NCBI GenBank assembly: GCA_963742335.1
Contig: CAVULL010000013.1
Span: 15,297 to 79,296, forward strand
DNA from: an uncultured Verrucomicrobiae bacterium
GTDB lineage: Bacteria > Verrucomicrobiota > Verrucomicrobiia > Chthoniobacterales > JAFAMB01
Length of the DNA: 64,000 nucleotides
Direction: 5' to 3'
Part shown: positions 46,805 to 56,729 of the stretch, in pieces
Layout of the letters: every line of letters begins with the position of its first letter
Numbering within the stretch: the stretch's first letter is position 1
Notes under the pieces: generated by a model
Databases searched by the model: none
Told to the model about the DNA's origin: nothing
The model's input: only the letters and a program-made list of their open reading frames with translations
Made by a program: the position numbers and the translations under genes

Positions 46805-48613
46805 ATGGTCTATCTCGAAGTCTCTTACGCTCAAAAAGATGTGGCCAAGCTTTTCGGCGCCCGCTGGGATTTAAGAAAGAAACTTTGGTACTTTCCCGGC
46901 GAGGTTCTTCCCGAAGAGCTGGAGCAGTTTCGGCCTGCAACGGAAGGAAATGGGCCGTTCGCAAAAATCATCCTGGATATCCCTTTTACCTATCGGGATA
47001 TCGCTGCAAAGGCCGGAGCTCGGTGGGACTCCGAGAATAGAGTCTATTTCTTCGATAAAAGGCTGGGACATGAGTTGCCAATCGAACTTGTCGGGTTCGA
47101 ACCCAAAGAGTTCAGTTGGGAAGAGAAGATCCAGAGGGAACTGAATGGTCAATCGTTCGAGGAGGTTCCTCCGCAGAAAAAGATCACCCTCAAACCGCAC
47201 CAGCTCGAGGCGGTCACGGAGATATTCCTTGCTTACAAAGAGGGTTATCCAGGCTTTCTTCTGGCCGATGATATTGGTCTTGGAAAGACCTTCGCAGCCT
47301 GGGCCAGTATTCTCAAGATCCTCGAAAGTTCTGAGGAGAAAAGGAAGATACTTATCGTTTGCCCCCTCGGCGTTGTCGCCAACTGGCGTTCCAGTATCCG
47401 ATGGATGGGGACCAATCGATGGGTCGAGGAAGTAGTCATATTGAACTATGACCGTCTGGGCAAAATTTTTGAGACCAAACCTCGCAAAGGTACGAAAAAG
47501 ATTAGCAAGAGAGACTTGGCCCGGCGAGGGGCGGCGAGCGAAAAATTCGATGTTGTTCTCTTTGACGAATCCCACGCGCTTAAGAACCTGAGCGCTCTGA
47601 GGTCCAAATTCTCCATCAAACTCTACGAAAGCGCCAAGATGATCTTCTGGCTTTCGGCCACTGCTGGGCAAAATCCGCTGGAACTCGGGTACTTGCTTCC
47701 AATCCTGGCCAGGAAGACCGGTGACAGGGCTCTCACTACCAAAGATTTTGAGCAATGGTGTGCTCAGAATCTGCCTGGCGTTTCAAGGGGTGCTTTCGGT
47801 GCCTGGGAATGGGCAGGTGGAAAGGAGGACGAGGCAGAGATTCGCCGACTTTTGTTTGATCCGGACAAAAAAGGCGTAAAGGCAGCCTTGCGGCGCCGAC
47901 CCGCCGACCTGATCGGATGGCCCGAAGTGAACCGCATCGTTCATTTTGTCGAACTCGATGGAAGGGCGAAGCACCTCTACAGACTTGCCTGGAAAGAGTT
48001 TAAAAAGGCACTCGAAGGAATCGGAAGTCTCAGTAAACAACGGGCCACGCTCGTTCAAAACGAGGCTGTCATCCGGCTCCGGCAGAAATCGTCGCTCCTC
48101 AAAGTGGAAGACACCATCGAGCTTTGCCAGGAGCTATTGGACAACGGTCGCCAGGTCGCCATTTCCTGCGAATTCCTCGCGACAATGGATGCGATGGAAG
48201 CGGCTCTCGCAAAGAAAAAGATCGAGCACGCCCGCATAGACGGACAGCGCACCAAAACGTCTCAGTCAAAAGAGAGCGAGCGGCTACGCTATCAGCGCGG
48301 AGAAACTGAAGTCATGCTCTTCAACATCGCTGAAGGGATCTCATTACATGAAGGCGAAACCAACAACGGCGGAAACAATGTCCCCCGCTGTCAAATCGAT
48401 CATGATTTGCGATGGTCCGCCATCCAGGCTCACCAGATCGACGGCCGCAGCCACCGCGACGGGAAGTTTGCCCAGGTCTATTGGGTGGTCGCCAAAGAGA
48501 CGATTGACGCCCGTGTCGCCGAAGTCCTCCTGAGAAAGTTGGAGTCGATGGGCAATCTCCAGGGAGATTCAACCAGGGAATTTGAAGAAATTTTCAACTT
48601 GATAAACGAGTGA
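46805..48613 (+). CDS. SNF2-family helicase with two N-terminal DUF5710-like modules
   Basis: Motif I LLADDIGLGKT, motif II LFDESHALKN, motif III LSATAGQN, motif VI QAHQIDGRSHRDGK. The N-terminus repeats Y-x2-KD-x-AK-x2-GARWD twice. Confidence 0.85.
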   Translation: MVYLEVSYAQKDVAKLFGARWDLRKKLWYFPGEVLPEELEQFRPATEGNGPFAKIILDIPFTYRDIAAKAGARWDSENRVYFFDKRLGHELPIELVGFEPKEFSWEEKIQRELNGQSFEEVPPQKKITLKPHQLEAVTEIFLAYKEGYPGFLLADDIGLGKTFAAWASILKILESSEEKRKILIVCPLGVVANWRSSIRWMGTNRWVEEVVILNYDRLGKIFETKPRKGTKKISKRDLARRGAASEKFDVVLFDESHALKNLSALRSKFSIKLYESAKMIFWLSATAGQNPLELGYLLPILARKTGDRALTTKDFEQWCAQNLPGVSRGAFGAWEWAGGKEDEAEIRRLLFDPDKKGVKAALRRRPADLIGWPEVNRIVHFVELDGRAKHLYRLAWKEFKKALEGIGSLSKQRATLVQNEAVIRLRQKSSLLKVEDTIELCQELLDNGRQVAISCEFLATMDAMEAALAKKKIEHARIDGQRTKTSQSKESERLRYQRGETEVMLFNIAEGISLHEGETNNGGNNVPRCQIDHDLRWSAIQAHQIDGRSHRDGKFAQVYWVVAKETIDARVAEVLLRKLESMGNLQGDSTREFEEIFNLINE

Positions 48614-48739
48614 GAATTTCTAACCGCTTCAACGCGTTCAGAATTTCGATGCCGCCGATGTTCCCTTCTCTGTAACTAAGCGCTTTCGGGCAGCATTTCA
48701 ATCGGGCTGACCTGAATGGCGCTTCAGGGCTAGCGGGTC

Positions 48740-48800
48740 CCGAAAGTAGGCGAATCGTCTCGATTTGCTCTGCCCCCTCGGGAACCTTCGACGCTTATTA
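48740..48800. repeat. 5'-truncated copy of the 115 bp MITE-like element
   Basis: ccgaaagtaggcgaatcgtctcgatttgctctgccccctcgggaaccttcgacgcttat matches 9058-9115. Confidence 0.55.
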
Positions 48801-48903
48801 CGATCCCTGCGAGCTCATGGATCTGGCCCGCGCGGATCATTTGCCAAGGAGCGCTCCAACCTGTGTGTGTTAGTGTAGTCGATAGCGATGTGATAGCTGT
48901 CGA

Positions 48904-49341
48904 TTATCGTGATGCCCTCCTTGTGGATGGTTTGTACGGCAGTGCCTGCAAAGAAATTGTCCCTTTCAACCGCTCAAACTCCGGATCCTTGTGGATCAAG
49001 ACCGCTGAAGTTAGCTGGGCTATGGCCGCCACGAAAGCGTCAGCCAGCGAAACAGACTGAGTTGCTTTTATCTCGCCGGCAGCGAGGCAAAGGCTCTCGT
49101 CGGGATAGATTATCTTCATGGGCCATGATTTAACGACAGCGACGAATTCCTCCGCCCGCCCCTTTCCCTGGCTTAGATGCGTAATGTAGAATGTCTCCGT
49201 CAAACTAACGAAGCTTGCTCCAAGCTTGATATTGCCTGCTCCGGCCGCCGCGATCTTCTGCTCGACCAGATCCGCGCCCGGCTCATCCTCGAGCAGACAA
49301 ATGATCGCGGATGTGTCAAGGACGGCGTCGAGCTTGTTCAC
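48904..49341 (-). CDS. vapC: PIN-domain toxin (VapC-like)
   Basis: LDTSAII...D...ADAFVAA pattern of PIN acidic residues. Overlaps the upstream antitoxin by 26 nt. Confidence 0.8.
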   Translation of the reverse strand: MNKLDAVLDTSAIICLLEDEPGADLVEQKIAAAGAGNIKLGASFVSLTETFYITHLSQGKGRAEEFVAVVKSWPMKIIYPDESLCLAAGEIKATQSVSLADAFVAAIAQLTSAVLIHKDPEFERLKGTISLQALPYKPSTRRASR

Positions 49342-49573
49342 GCTTCTTATCCTTGGCGCGTTCCGCCAGAAGTCGCTGGGAAAGCCTCATACCTTTAGCT
49401 ATGCCGCGCCCGTATTTGCGTGGGCCTTCCGGCAGGGGAACAACCCGGATGCTGCTCCCATCGTCGATCCACGCGAGCCGAGACTGTTCTGTCAGTGCAT
49501 GCCTCCTGCGAATTTCGGCCGGGATTACGGTTTGGCCTTTGGATGAGATGGTGCTCGTTGAGGTAATGCCCAC
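49316..49573 (-). CDS. vapB: AbrB/SpoVT-type antitoxin (VapB-like)
   Basis: ISSKGQTVIPAEIRRRHAL is the swapped-hairpin AbrB signature. Confidence 0.8.
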   Translation of the reverse strand: MGITSTSTISSKGQTVIPAEIRRRHALTEQSRLAWIDDGSSIRVVPLPEGPRKYGRGIAKGMRLSQRLLAERAKDKKREQARRRP

Positions 49574-50020
49574 GATGAAAATGTAAGACGGTACGCGTAT
49601 TGGTCAACGATTATCGCGATTGTCTTACCACCCTAAACCGCGTTAGCCAACGTCTCAGACGACGACAGTGGGTTAGTTAGTCCAGGCAGCGGACGTCAGC
49701 TCGACAACTCGATTTATTGGACGATCAATTTCCGCCCGTAGAAGAGGGTGGGGAAGGGAGGAGTGGGGGAGCGACGACCGGACCTCCGGTTCGTTGCCAT
49801 TTTAGATTAGAAACCGTTGGCTGATGTTATGATCCGCCCAACCGAGGAGTCTGAGCCTGGTGCCGTGCCAGTGGCGGACGAGTTCCCTGAGGTAATCGAT
49901 ATCGGTGCCCAAGGCCCAATTTCCTTCCTTTCTTCCTTGCCAGCCCGTATCGACAAACGCACAATCCGCATTTTTAACCTCGTTAACTGGACGGTAGTGT
50001 GGCTCCCACTTTGTAATCAC

Positions 50021-50740
50021 ATGAAAGATTTTTTATCCTTTTTTGCGTATGTACGGACGGCTTATGGTCAGTCCGGCGCGCGACATCTCGGAATCGTGTT
50101 CTTGGGTCTGTTTGTTTATTTTGCAGGCTGCTCGGCCTTCGCGGCTTCCATGGAATTCACCGTAAGAGATTGTACGGGAATGATTCAGGATTTCACTCGG
50201 ATCCCGGAGCGCTCGATTCCCGAGGTCGTACTTCGGGATGCCAAAGGAATCGCTGTGATTCGAGTACTGAAAGGGGCCTTCGGCGTGAGCGGCAGAATCG
50301 GTGAAGGCGTCGTGATCGCGAGACTGCCGGCGGGCGGTTGGAGCGGTCCTTCCGCGATCGCCACCGGTGGGGGTGGATTCGGCTTTCAGGTCGGCGGCCA
50401 AGTCACGGAGTTCATAATCATCCTCAATACGGAAGCGGCGGTTCGGGCGTTTGCGCGAGGGGGAAACGTGGAGTTCGGCGGTGCGCTGAGCGTTGCGGCA
50501 GGCCCGGTAGGACGCGCGGCGGAAGCAGGGGTTCTTCCTGTCGCCGCAGTTTACACCTACAGCCGAAGTCAGGGTTTTTTCGCAGGTGCGTCTTTGGAAG
50601 GAACGCTCCTTGTCGCACAATCCGGAAAGAATGCAAAATACTACCGAGAGCGGGTCACTCCCGAGGAGATCTTAAGTGGCCGCGTGATTCCCCCGCCAGG
50701 GGCACGCGGGTTAGCTGCAGCTCTTCCGTCTCTGTACTAG
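50021..50740 (+). CDS. SYLF (Ysc84/DUF500) lipid-binding domain protein
   Basis: GGWSGPSAIATGGGGFGFQVGGQVTEFIIILN...GGALSVAAGPVGR...YTYSRSQGFFAGASLEG. Confidence 0.8.
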   Translation: MKDFLSFFAYVRTAYGQSGARHLGIVFLGLFVYFAGCSAFAASMEFTVRDCTGMIQDFTRIPERSIPEVVLRDAKGIAVIRVLKGAFGVSGRIGEGVVIARLPAGGWSGPSAIATGGGGFGFQVGGQVTEFIIILNTEAAVRAFARGGNVEFGGALSVAAGPVGRAAEAGVLPVAAVYTYSRSQGFFAGASLEGTLLVAQSGKNAKYYRERVTPEEILSGRVIPPPGARGLAAALPSLY

Positions 50741-50896
50741 TCTAGAATGATGCCGGTTTTTCCTCTTCCCTCTCGTTAATGGGCGCGCCCCTGAATCGAA
50801 ATGCACAGAACGTCGAATCCCTGGTCGTATTTCACTTTTATAGTTCTCTCCAATATTTTCTGATCGTACAGGGGCAGCAGAAAGGGGTCATCTGTC

Positions 50897-50980
50897 GAAT
50901 GGCGCGAAGATAAGGAAAGTTCAGGGCAAGCGGCTCCTCCGAAAGTAGGCGAATCGTCTCGATTTGCTCTGTCTCCTCGG
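50897..50980. repeat. 3'-truncated copy of the 115 bp MITE-like element
   Basis: gaatggcgcgaagataaggaaagttcagggcaagcggctcctccgaaagtaggcgaatcgtctcgatttgctctgtc matches 9015-9098. Confidence 0.55.
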
Positions 50981-51043
50981 TGGACGCCTTTGAAAGGGGT
51001 CAGTCATTGGATCAGCTGGCTGCTTCGTAGTAGCAAGCTAACT

Positions 51044-51847
51044 ATGAAACCCTCTCAGCGCAAAGACGTTTGGTCTGCCGGTGCCCTATATGAACTTTAC
51101 GTCGGTCGCTGGAGCCGACTGGTCGCTAGAGAGCTGCTGAAATGGCTATCGATTCCAGTCCAAAAAGATTGGCTCGATGTCGGATGCGGGACCGGTGCAC
51201 TAAGCCAGATCATTCTCGAACATGGGCTGCCTAACGCGATTAAGGGAATCGACTCTTCGACGGACTTCGTGACGTACGCGAAGGTGCACGTCGACAGTGC
51301 GCGCGTAACATTTGAGGTCGGAGACGCTCAGGCGCTGCCGATCGATTCGGCCAGCTTTGATGTGGCGGTTTCTGGGCTTGTGCTGAATTTTGTGCCCGAG
51401 CCGCGACTGGCTGTCGCGGAGATGGCCCGTGTGGCACGACCGGGCGGCACAGTGGCGGCCTATGTCTGGGACTATGCGGAAAAAATGGAGCTGATGCGCT
51501 ACTTCTGGGACGCCGCCGTGGTGCTGGATCCGACCGCCTTGCAGTTCGACGAAGGCCGTCGCTTCCCGATTTGCCAGCCGTCCCCTCTTGCCGAGTTGTT
51601 TAAGAACGCCGGTTTGCAGGAGGTCGAAGTGCGCCCGATCGACATCCCCACTCACTTTCGCAATTTCGACGATTATTGGTCACCGTTCTTGGGCGGGCAA
51701 GGCCCCGCACCGGGCTATGCCATGTCGCTGAGCGAAGAGTGCCGAGGTGCGCTCCGGGAACGAATTCGTTCGAACCTTCCAATTGCCAAGGATGGATCGG
51801 CGCCTTTAATGGCTCGGGTGTGGGCGGTTCGTGGACACGCGCCATGA
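51044..51847 (+). CDS. class I SAM-dependent methyltransferase
   Basis: Motif I LDVGCGTG, post-I, and FDVAVSGLVLNF. Confidence 0.85.
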   Translation: MKPSQRKDVWSAGALYELYVGRWSRLVARELLKWLSIPVQKDWLDVGCGTGALSQIILEHGLPNAIKGIDSSTDFVTYAKVHVDSARVTFEVGDAQALPIDSASFDVAVSGLVLNFVPEPRLAVAEMARVARPGGTVAAYVWDYAEKMELMRYFWDAAVVLDPTALQFDEGRRFPICQPSPLAELFKNAGLQEVEVRPIDIPTHFRNFDDYWSPFLGGQGPAPGYAMSLSEECRGALRERIRSNLPIAKDGSAPLMARVWAVRGHAP

Positions 51848-51857
51848 TCTTGTCGGG

Positions 51858-52105
51858 CTAGCGCACCGTCTCCTAAATCCCTTGGGTTCCGTTGCGTTCA
51901 AAATGGGTCGTCTGCAAGGCGGGAGGAAGGAGCATATCTGGATCGATACGTGACTGACGAACCACGAAGCAGCCGACCCATTTTCAACGCAACCCTGTGG
52001 GCCGTGGCCGGTTGGCTGGTTTTCCTCCGCCGCGGCGGATCGACTGCTATAAGCCAGATAGCGGCGCTTCGCTCGCGCCTTGAAAAACAAGCCAACTGAC
52101 CTGCG
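51858..52105. mobile_element. second copy of the 278 bp MITE-like element, inverted and missing the distal TIR
   Basis: About 90 percent identical by eye to the reverse complement of 23575-23815. Homology stops at ...ccaactgacctgcg (52105). Confidence 0.65.
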
Positions 52106-52540
52106 CGAAGCCACCTTCGTTCAGGTTCCGCCGAAGCCTCTATCTGTGCGGCTCGAATTAGGCTTAGTAGTTCGTCGTTGAAATGGTAAGCGCGCAAATC
52201 AAACGGCACCGGCGGAATAGGAGGGCCCTCCACTGGGATCGGTCGAAAATCTGGAGATCCTTCCCTCTTATAGCGCTGGAGTGCATAGCGGGATTCTCTT
52301 TTAACCCATTTAGAATGAAGCGCATTCGTTGACCAAATGACCACGAAAAGATCGCAGTCATTTATGGTCGCGAAAATCTTTGGAATCCATTCATCACCAG
52401 GCGAAGCTTGAGCACGTCGACAAACGTCTCCAACCCGCTTGCCTGAAGTCCCTGCGCACGCTTGAGCATTTCTACCCTATCAAGTGACGAGTATGAGCAA
52501 AAGCATGAGCGGTAGTGTCGAGCTTCGTCTCCGACCGGCT
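52106..52540 (-). pseudogene. TIR-domain gene remnant (frameshifted, C-terminus cut at the MITE)
   Basis: Frame A reads CFCSYSSLDRVEMLKRAQGLQASGLETFVDVLKLR. Frame B reads PGDEWIPKIFATINDCDLFVVIWSTNALHSKWVKRESRYAL. A 1-nt loss lies near 52400, and no start codon is in frame. Confidence 0.7.
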
Positions 52541-53710
52541 TTAGGTCGGCTTCTCTACGCGGCGAGCCACCTCGATTTGAAAGCTGATTCTGCCGACCGG
52601 AGTTTTATCTTTCCAAACTCTCACTACGCCGATGTGCTGCCCTAATTTGCAGCCCGCCGGTACGACGAACGGGAAGCCCACAGATTGAGGCTGGCCGGTC
52701 CAGAAGAGCGTTTCCACTCGCTCAGAGAATACAAAGCCTTGTACTTCCACGTCGAAGGTAAACTTTGTGCCAATCGGGGCATCGAGTATCAATGATCGAT
52801 GGCCACGCTCCTTAGTTCCAGGGTCAAACTTCAAGGCGGTCGCCTCCGCCCGCTCTCGATCCTTCGGAGCGTGTAGAAATACCTGCAGCAGAGCCTGCTG
52901 CTTCCGCTCTACGCGATCGGGCGCGAAGACAGTGCAGTCCGCCGGATGGTGCTCCGGCTCGGTTACGCCAGGTAGCACTGTAACCTCCTTCGGAAATCGG
53001 CCGCTGGCTAGTTTGTTCAGCAGGTGTGACGACGATTTCACCGGAGAATCGCCGGGTTCCCGAATGTCATGAGGAAGGGAATCGTCGATGATTTCCTGTT
53101 GCGGCAAAGCGTTGTAGGAACTGGGACCAGCGCCTTCATATTCATAAGGCGCCGGAGCATTCAGTTGGGTGGCGATATCTTTGGCCCAAAACAGTCTTTT
53201 TTTTCGGAGCGGGCCTTCGGCGGCAACGATGGCAAAACCGAGCTCCCCAACTAACGCTTCGGCCCCGCCGCGGGCCAGCACTCATGCGAGCGGACGGTGG
53301 CGCAGATGCGGCCAACGTTCCGACGAATGTTCCGCCAGGTCCATAATGGGAATCCGGATTGGCTCAGCCAGCGTGGCTGCGAAGTGCACCATCGCGTTGC
53401 TGACTATCGTGTCGAACTCACCTACTACCGCGGTGGCTTCCTGAGCCTGCACGCGCTTTTCCAGCTCGTCCAGCGCGCGTATCGTCAGCCCGCCTGCGGC
53501 TTGTGGAGCGACGGAGGCAAGCGCCTCGCGACGTTCCGGCTCGAGATTGATGTTGAGGTGCTTCATCGAACACGCTGTCCCGCAGCTGCCGGAGTACTTC
53601 CTCAGCCAATGCCTGGTCGGGCCGGGCGCTCCCGTCTTCTGCGGGCCCGCGTCGACACCAGTGCTCGGTGTGCCGTAGACATCCAGAATTCCTGTGAGGC
53701 CTCCGATCAA
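52541..53710 (-). pseudogene. 389-codon frame interrupted by one in-frame TGA (53282-53284); the C-terminal half is a beta-rich module often seen with bacterial TIR proteins
   Basis: The 142-aa and 246-aa ORFs are contiguous and in the same frame (...RPLA-TGA-VLARGG...). The C-terminal half reads DCTVFAPDRVERKQQALLQVFLHAP...GRISFQIEV. Confidence 0.55.
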
Positions 53711-54147
53711 CAGAGTCGATTCCGAGGTAGCGCGGCGTCGGGTCTTTCCCTTGCCCGCAATCGGGCCAGTTTATGCTCGTACAGGCCGGTGAGAAACGAT
53801 CCAGTAAAGGCGGAAGCGGGCGTGCGGCCGCCAGTGCATCGTAGGTCGTCTATTGGGTAAACCCATCAGGAGTCTGGCCCGCCAGAAACTGTACGTCGAC
53901 TAGGCGCAGCAAGTTTTTCTTTTTTGGCGTGCAGATCTAAATGCTCACCGATGCGCTCCACAATGGAGAGCTCAAAGCAGGCGATTTGGCGAATTTCGTT
54001 CAGAAAATCGTTCAATTGGCTGTCAACGGGTGTTAGGAAGACTAACTGCTTCAGGGTTTGTTCGAAGTGAGCGTCGCTTCCAACGGACATCGTTTACTTG
54101 TTGGCCGGTATTGCTCTTGTTCCTGCGTTTCAGTACCATTTTCAAGG

Positions 54148-54396
54148 ATGCCACCTCCAAAACAGGGCAAAACCAAGGTTGCCACCAAGAAGAAAAGCAG
54201 GCCGGGAGGCCCGCGCCCCGGCGCCGGGCGTCCTCCGATACAACCGGGCCGTTCTCCAGTTAAAATTCGTTTGGATAGTGAAGTGATTTCCGCGGTCGAC
54301 ACAGTCGCTAAACTGCGAAAGCTGGATCGAAGTCGTGTTATCGAAGGTGCATTACGGCAATGGTTGAAAGAGGATAAGACAGCCCCTGGTGTATAA
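54148..54396 (+). CDS. ribbon-helix-helix (CopG-like) protein with a basic N-terminus
   Basis: VKIRLDSEVISAVDTVAKLRKLDRSRVIEGALRQWL. Confidence 0.55.
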   Translation: MPPPKQGKTKVATKKKSRPGGPRPGAGRPPIQPGRSPVKIRLDSEVISAVDTVAKLRKLDRSRVIEGALRQWLKEDKTAPGV

Positions 54397-54545
54397 AGAG
54401 CGAGCGCATGATCGACCGGAAGCGCGTATTGCTTTCCTAAATGATTATGGTACCGTAATCGGATGATCAGTGACGGCGTTCGAGCCCTGGTGAAGGCCGT
54501 ACAGGTTCCACCCTTTTGAAATAATCTTAAAACCCGCGAAGTCTT

Positions 54546-54779
54546 ATGTTCCAAATCATCGAAGTATTTTTAGGTTTTAGCATCGGGATCGCCGTACTGT
54601 GGGTCACCATCCTGGCACTGGTGAAATTCACCCGGCGTGTCATGAGCGGGGAAGAGTGGCAGGACGTGTTAAAAGACTTGTGGAAGAAACCATTAAACGG
54701 CGTTCTACCCGCCAATACCAAGAAGTCGGTTTCGGAGGATTCTAGAAGCAACGGACAAGCTCGGAGAAGAAATCTTTGA
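54546..54779 (+). CDS. small membrane protein
   Basis: N-terminal TM FLGFSIGIAVLWVTILALV. 77 aa. Confidence 0.35.
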   Translation: MFQIIEVFLGFSIGIAVLWVTILALVKFTRRVMSGEEWQDVLKDLWKKPLNGVLPANTKKSVSEDSRSNGQARRRNL

Positions 54780-54869
54780 ACACAAACTTATGCGAAATCG
54801 GCTTACACGGAACTCGCTTTAAAAGATCGGTTTAAAAAAGACGGCATCAAGTGACCTCACAATTTAGCG

Positions 54870-55406
54870 ATGAGCGCAATCCAACAGCCCAAGCTCCACC
54901 GTTTCAGCCTCGAGCAATATTACGAGCTCGGTGAACTCGGTCTGCTAGATCAACGGACCGAACTGCTAGAGGGCATCATCACAGACATGGAACCCATAGG
55001 GCCGTATCACGCCAACGTCGGCGACCATCTTTCGCAAATTTTTCAGCAGCAAGCCGGCGATCGGTACCGAGTACGCGTCCAGTACCCGATCAACCTTGGC
55101 CGCCTAAGCCAGCCACAGCCTGATCTAGTGATATACCGGCCAGGTCTTTGGCGCGGACAACATCCCGGTGCGGCGGATATTTCCCTGGTCGTTGAGATCA
55201 GCGAGTCGAGCCTTGCATTCGACTTAGGCGAAAAGCTAGCGCTCTACAAAGCGGCCGAGATCCGGGAATACTGGGTTGTAGACCTCAAAGCCAGGCAGGT
55301 GCACTGCTTCGTCGCTCCAGAGTATAGGCGCCAGACGCTGAGCGATTGGATAAGCCCAGAAGCATGGCCAGATATCAGGATCGAGCTGGGCGAGCTCTTC
55401 GCGTGA
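54870..55406 (+). CDS. Uma2 (DUF820) family endonuclease
   Basis: FSLEQYYELGELGLL...ELLEGII...PDLVIY...LVVEISESS...K..LYKAAEIREYWVVDL. Confidence 0.85.
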   Translation: MSAIQQPKLHRFSLEQYYELGELGLLDQRTELLEGIITDMEPIGPYHANVGDHLSQIFQQQAGDRYRVRVQYPINLGRLSQPQPDLVIYRPGLWRGQHPGAADISLVVEISESSLAFDLGEKLALYKAAEIREYWVVDLKARQVHCFVAPEYRRQTLSDWISPEAWPDIRIELGELFA

Positions 55407-55844
55407 TCGGCCTCTCCCAATGAACGCCTCTTACGTCGCCGAGCTTACGGCTGATTTGCTTCCTCACTACTTTCTTCGAGGTTTATCTCGGCTGTAGATC
55501 CAGTCCAAAAGTTCTCAGGCTGAAGATGGCAATATTCCGGCAGGACCGCCGTGTGTATACTGCTGGAGTTCTGTAGTAAGCATAGACAAACATAGCAAAA
55601 TCGCTTTTACCGGATTTTTGGCAATTTCCCGTCAGCTGTGAGCGCCTATGCACGTTAGTGTGCCGTCGTGTGCTGGCAAATTTAGTCGAAAATAGCTGAC
55701 GACACTGTCAAACGAAATTCTTGCGATTTATTAGAAGCTACATTATGGGCTGTCCGTCTGAGCAAACGCACGTTTGATGGGTTTAATATCTCCGCCAGGT
55801 TTTCGACAGATTTCGTCGGTATACGCCGCCTGAATATCGATGGC

Positions 55845-56237
55845 TTACTTCGAAGTGCCCTGAAGCATCTCGACAGGTTCAAGGACCGACCCCGACGTGA
55901 GGACTATGGCGAAGAAGACTTGGCGAGACCCGGAAAGGTCGCCGTCGAACTTAGCCAAGTAGTAAGGAATAGGTCCCTGTCGGAGCTCCACGGACCGCAG
56001 ATAAATCTCGGGCGCTCCGTAGAATTGCTTCGCCCAGGTTAACGCAGCGACACCTGCGTTGTGCTGCTGTTGGACCGCTTCGTCCCTCTCGCGGCCGGTA
56101 ATGCTTTGCCCGACAGCCGCCGGAATGGCGGCTCCGTGTGAATGCGGGACCACAATGTCTTCATGTTCGATTTGGCGTTCAAGAATCGCGACTTTCGGAT
56201 GAACCCGGAAGGTCAAAACACGGGTGGAAATCGCCAA
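55845..56237 (-). CDS. hypothetical protein (intact copy of a duplicated module)
   Basis: 130 aa ORF. A frameshifted paralogous segment lies at 56600-56900. Confidence 0.45.
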   Translation of the reverse strand: MAISTRVLTFRVHPKVAILERQIEHEDIVVPHSHGAAIPAAVGQSITGRERDEAVQQQHNAGVAALTWAKQFYGAPEIYLRSVELRQGPIPYYLAKFDGDLSGSRQVFFAIVLTSGSVLEPVEMLQGTSK

Positions 56238-56729
56238 GATTAAACTCTGGAGTCATCTTACTGTGCCAATGTGCAACTAACTCTTGCCGGGCTTTGTACT
56301 TCGCCGAGCTTTTACTTTCGCGGTTCCGAGCTCCCAAATTGGATTTCCATTTGTCCCAATCACCGCCGAGTTCTGCAGTTGATTGAGTTTCTTGTGTTCG
56401 ATGTCCGTTCCGAATTTTTTAGTTTTTTAGTGTTAAATCAGCAGCAATGGAAGAGAAAGAATCGCTAGGATAGGTAAATCGAGTAGAGGTTCTTATTTGG
56501 GACGTCTTCGATGTGGGAAATATCGCTTCACATGATCGTTTTTCCAGCATTGGACGATGACCGAAATCGCTTCTCACCTTCCTGGACCCTTTCTCCGACA
56601 ACGCGCTCGCTATCCCGCTTCTTGAGGTGGCGGTTGAATCACGAACCGCCGGAACCCGGAGCGTGACGGCTGCGTTGGCCAGCGCATCTTTCCGACAGCG
56701 ATGCGAAACTGGGGGCATCTCTCCCGGTC

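Noticed and set aside
49802-50020. 72-aa minus-strand ORF with faint resemblance to the N-terminal domain of epoxide hydrolases (GNWALGTDIDYLRELVRHW).
   Set aside because: The resemblance rests on about 20 residues recalled from memory. It is too short to call, and at best it is a gene relic.
53700-54090. Possible integrase or ATPase gene next to the TIR remnant (a 74-aa ORF plus protein-like stretches in all three minus-strand frames).
   Set aside because: I could identify no tyrosine or serine recombinase motifs and no Walker motifs. It looks like multi-frame debris, so no product can be called.
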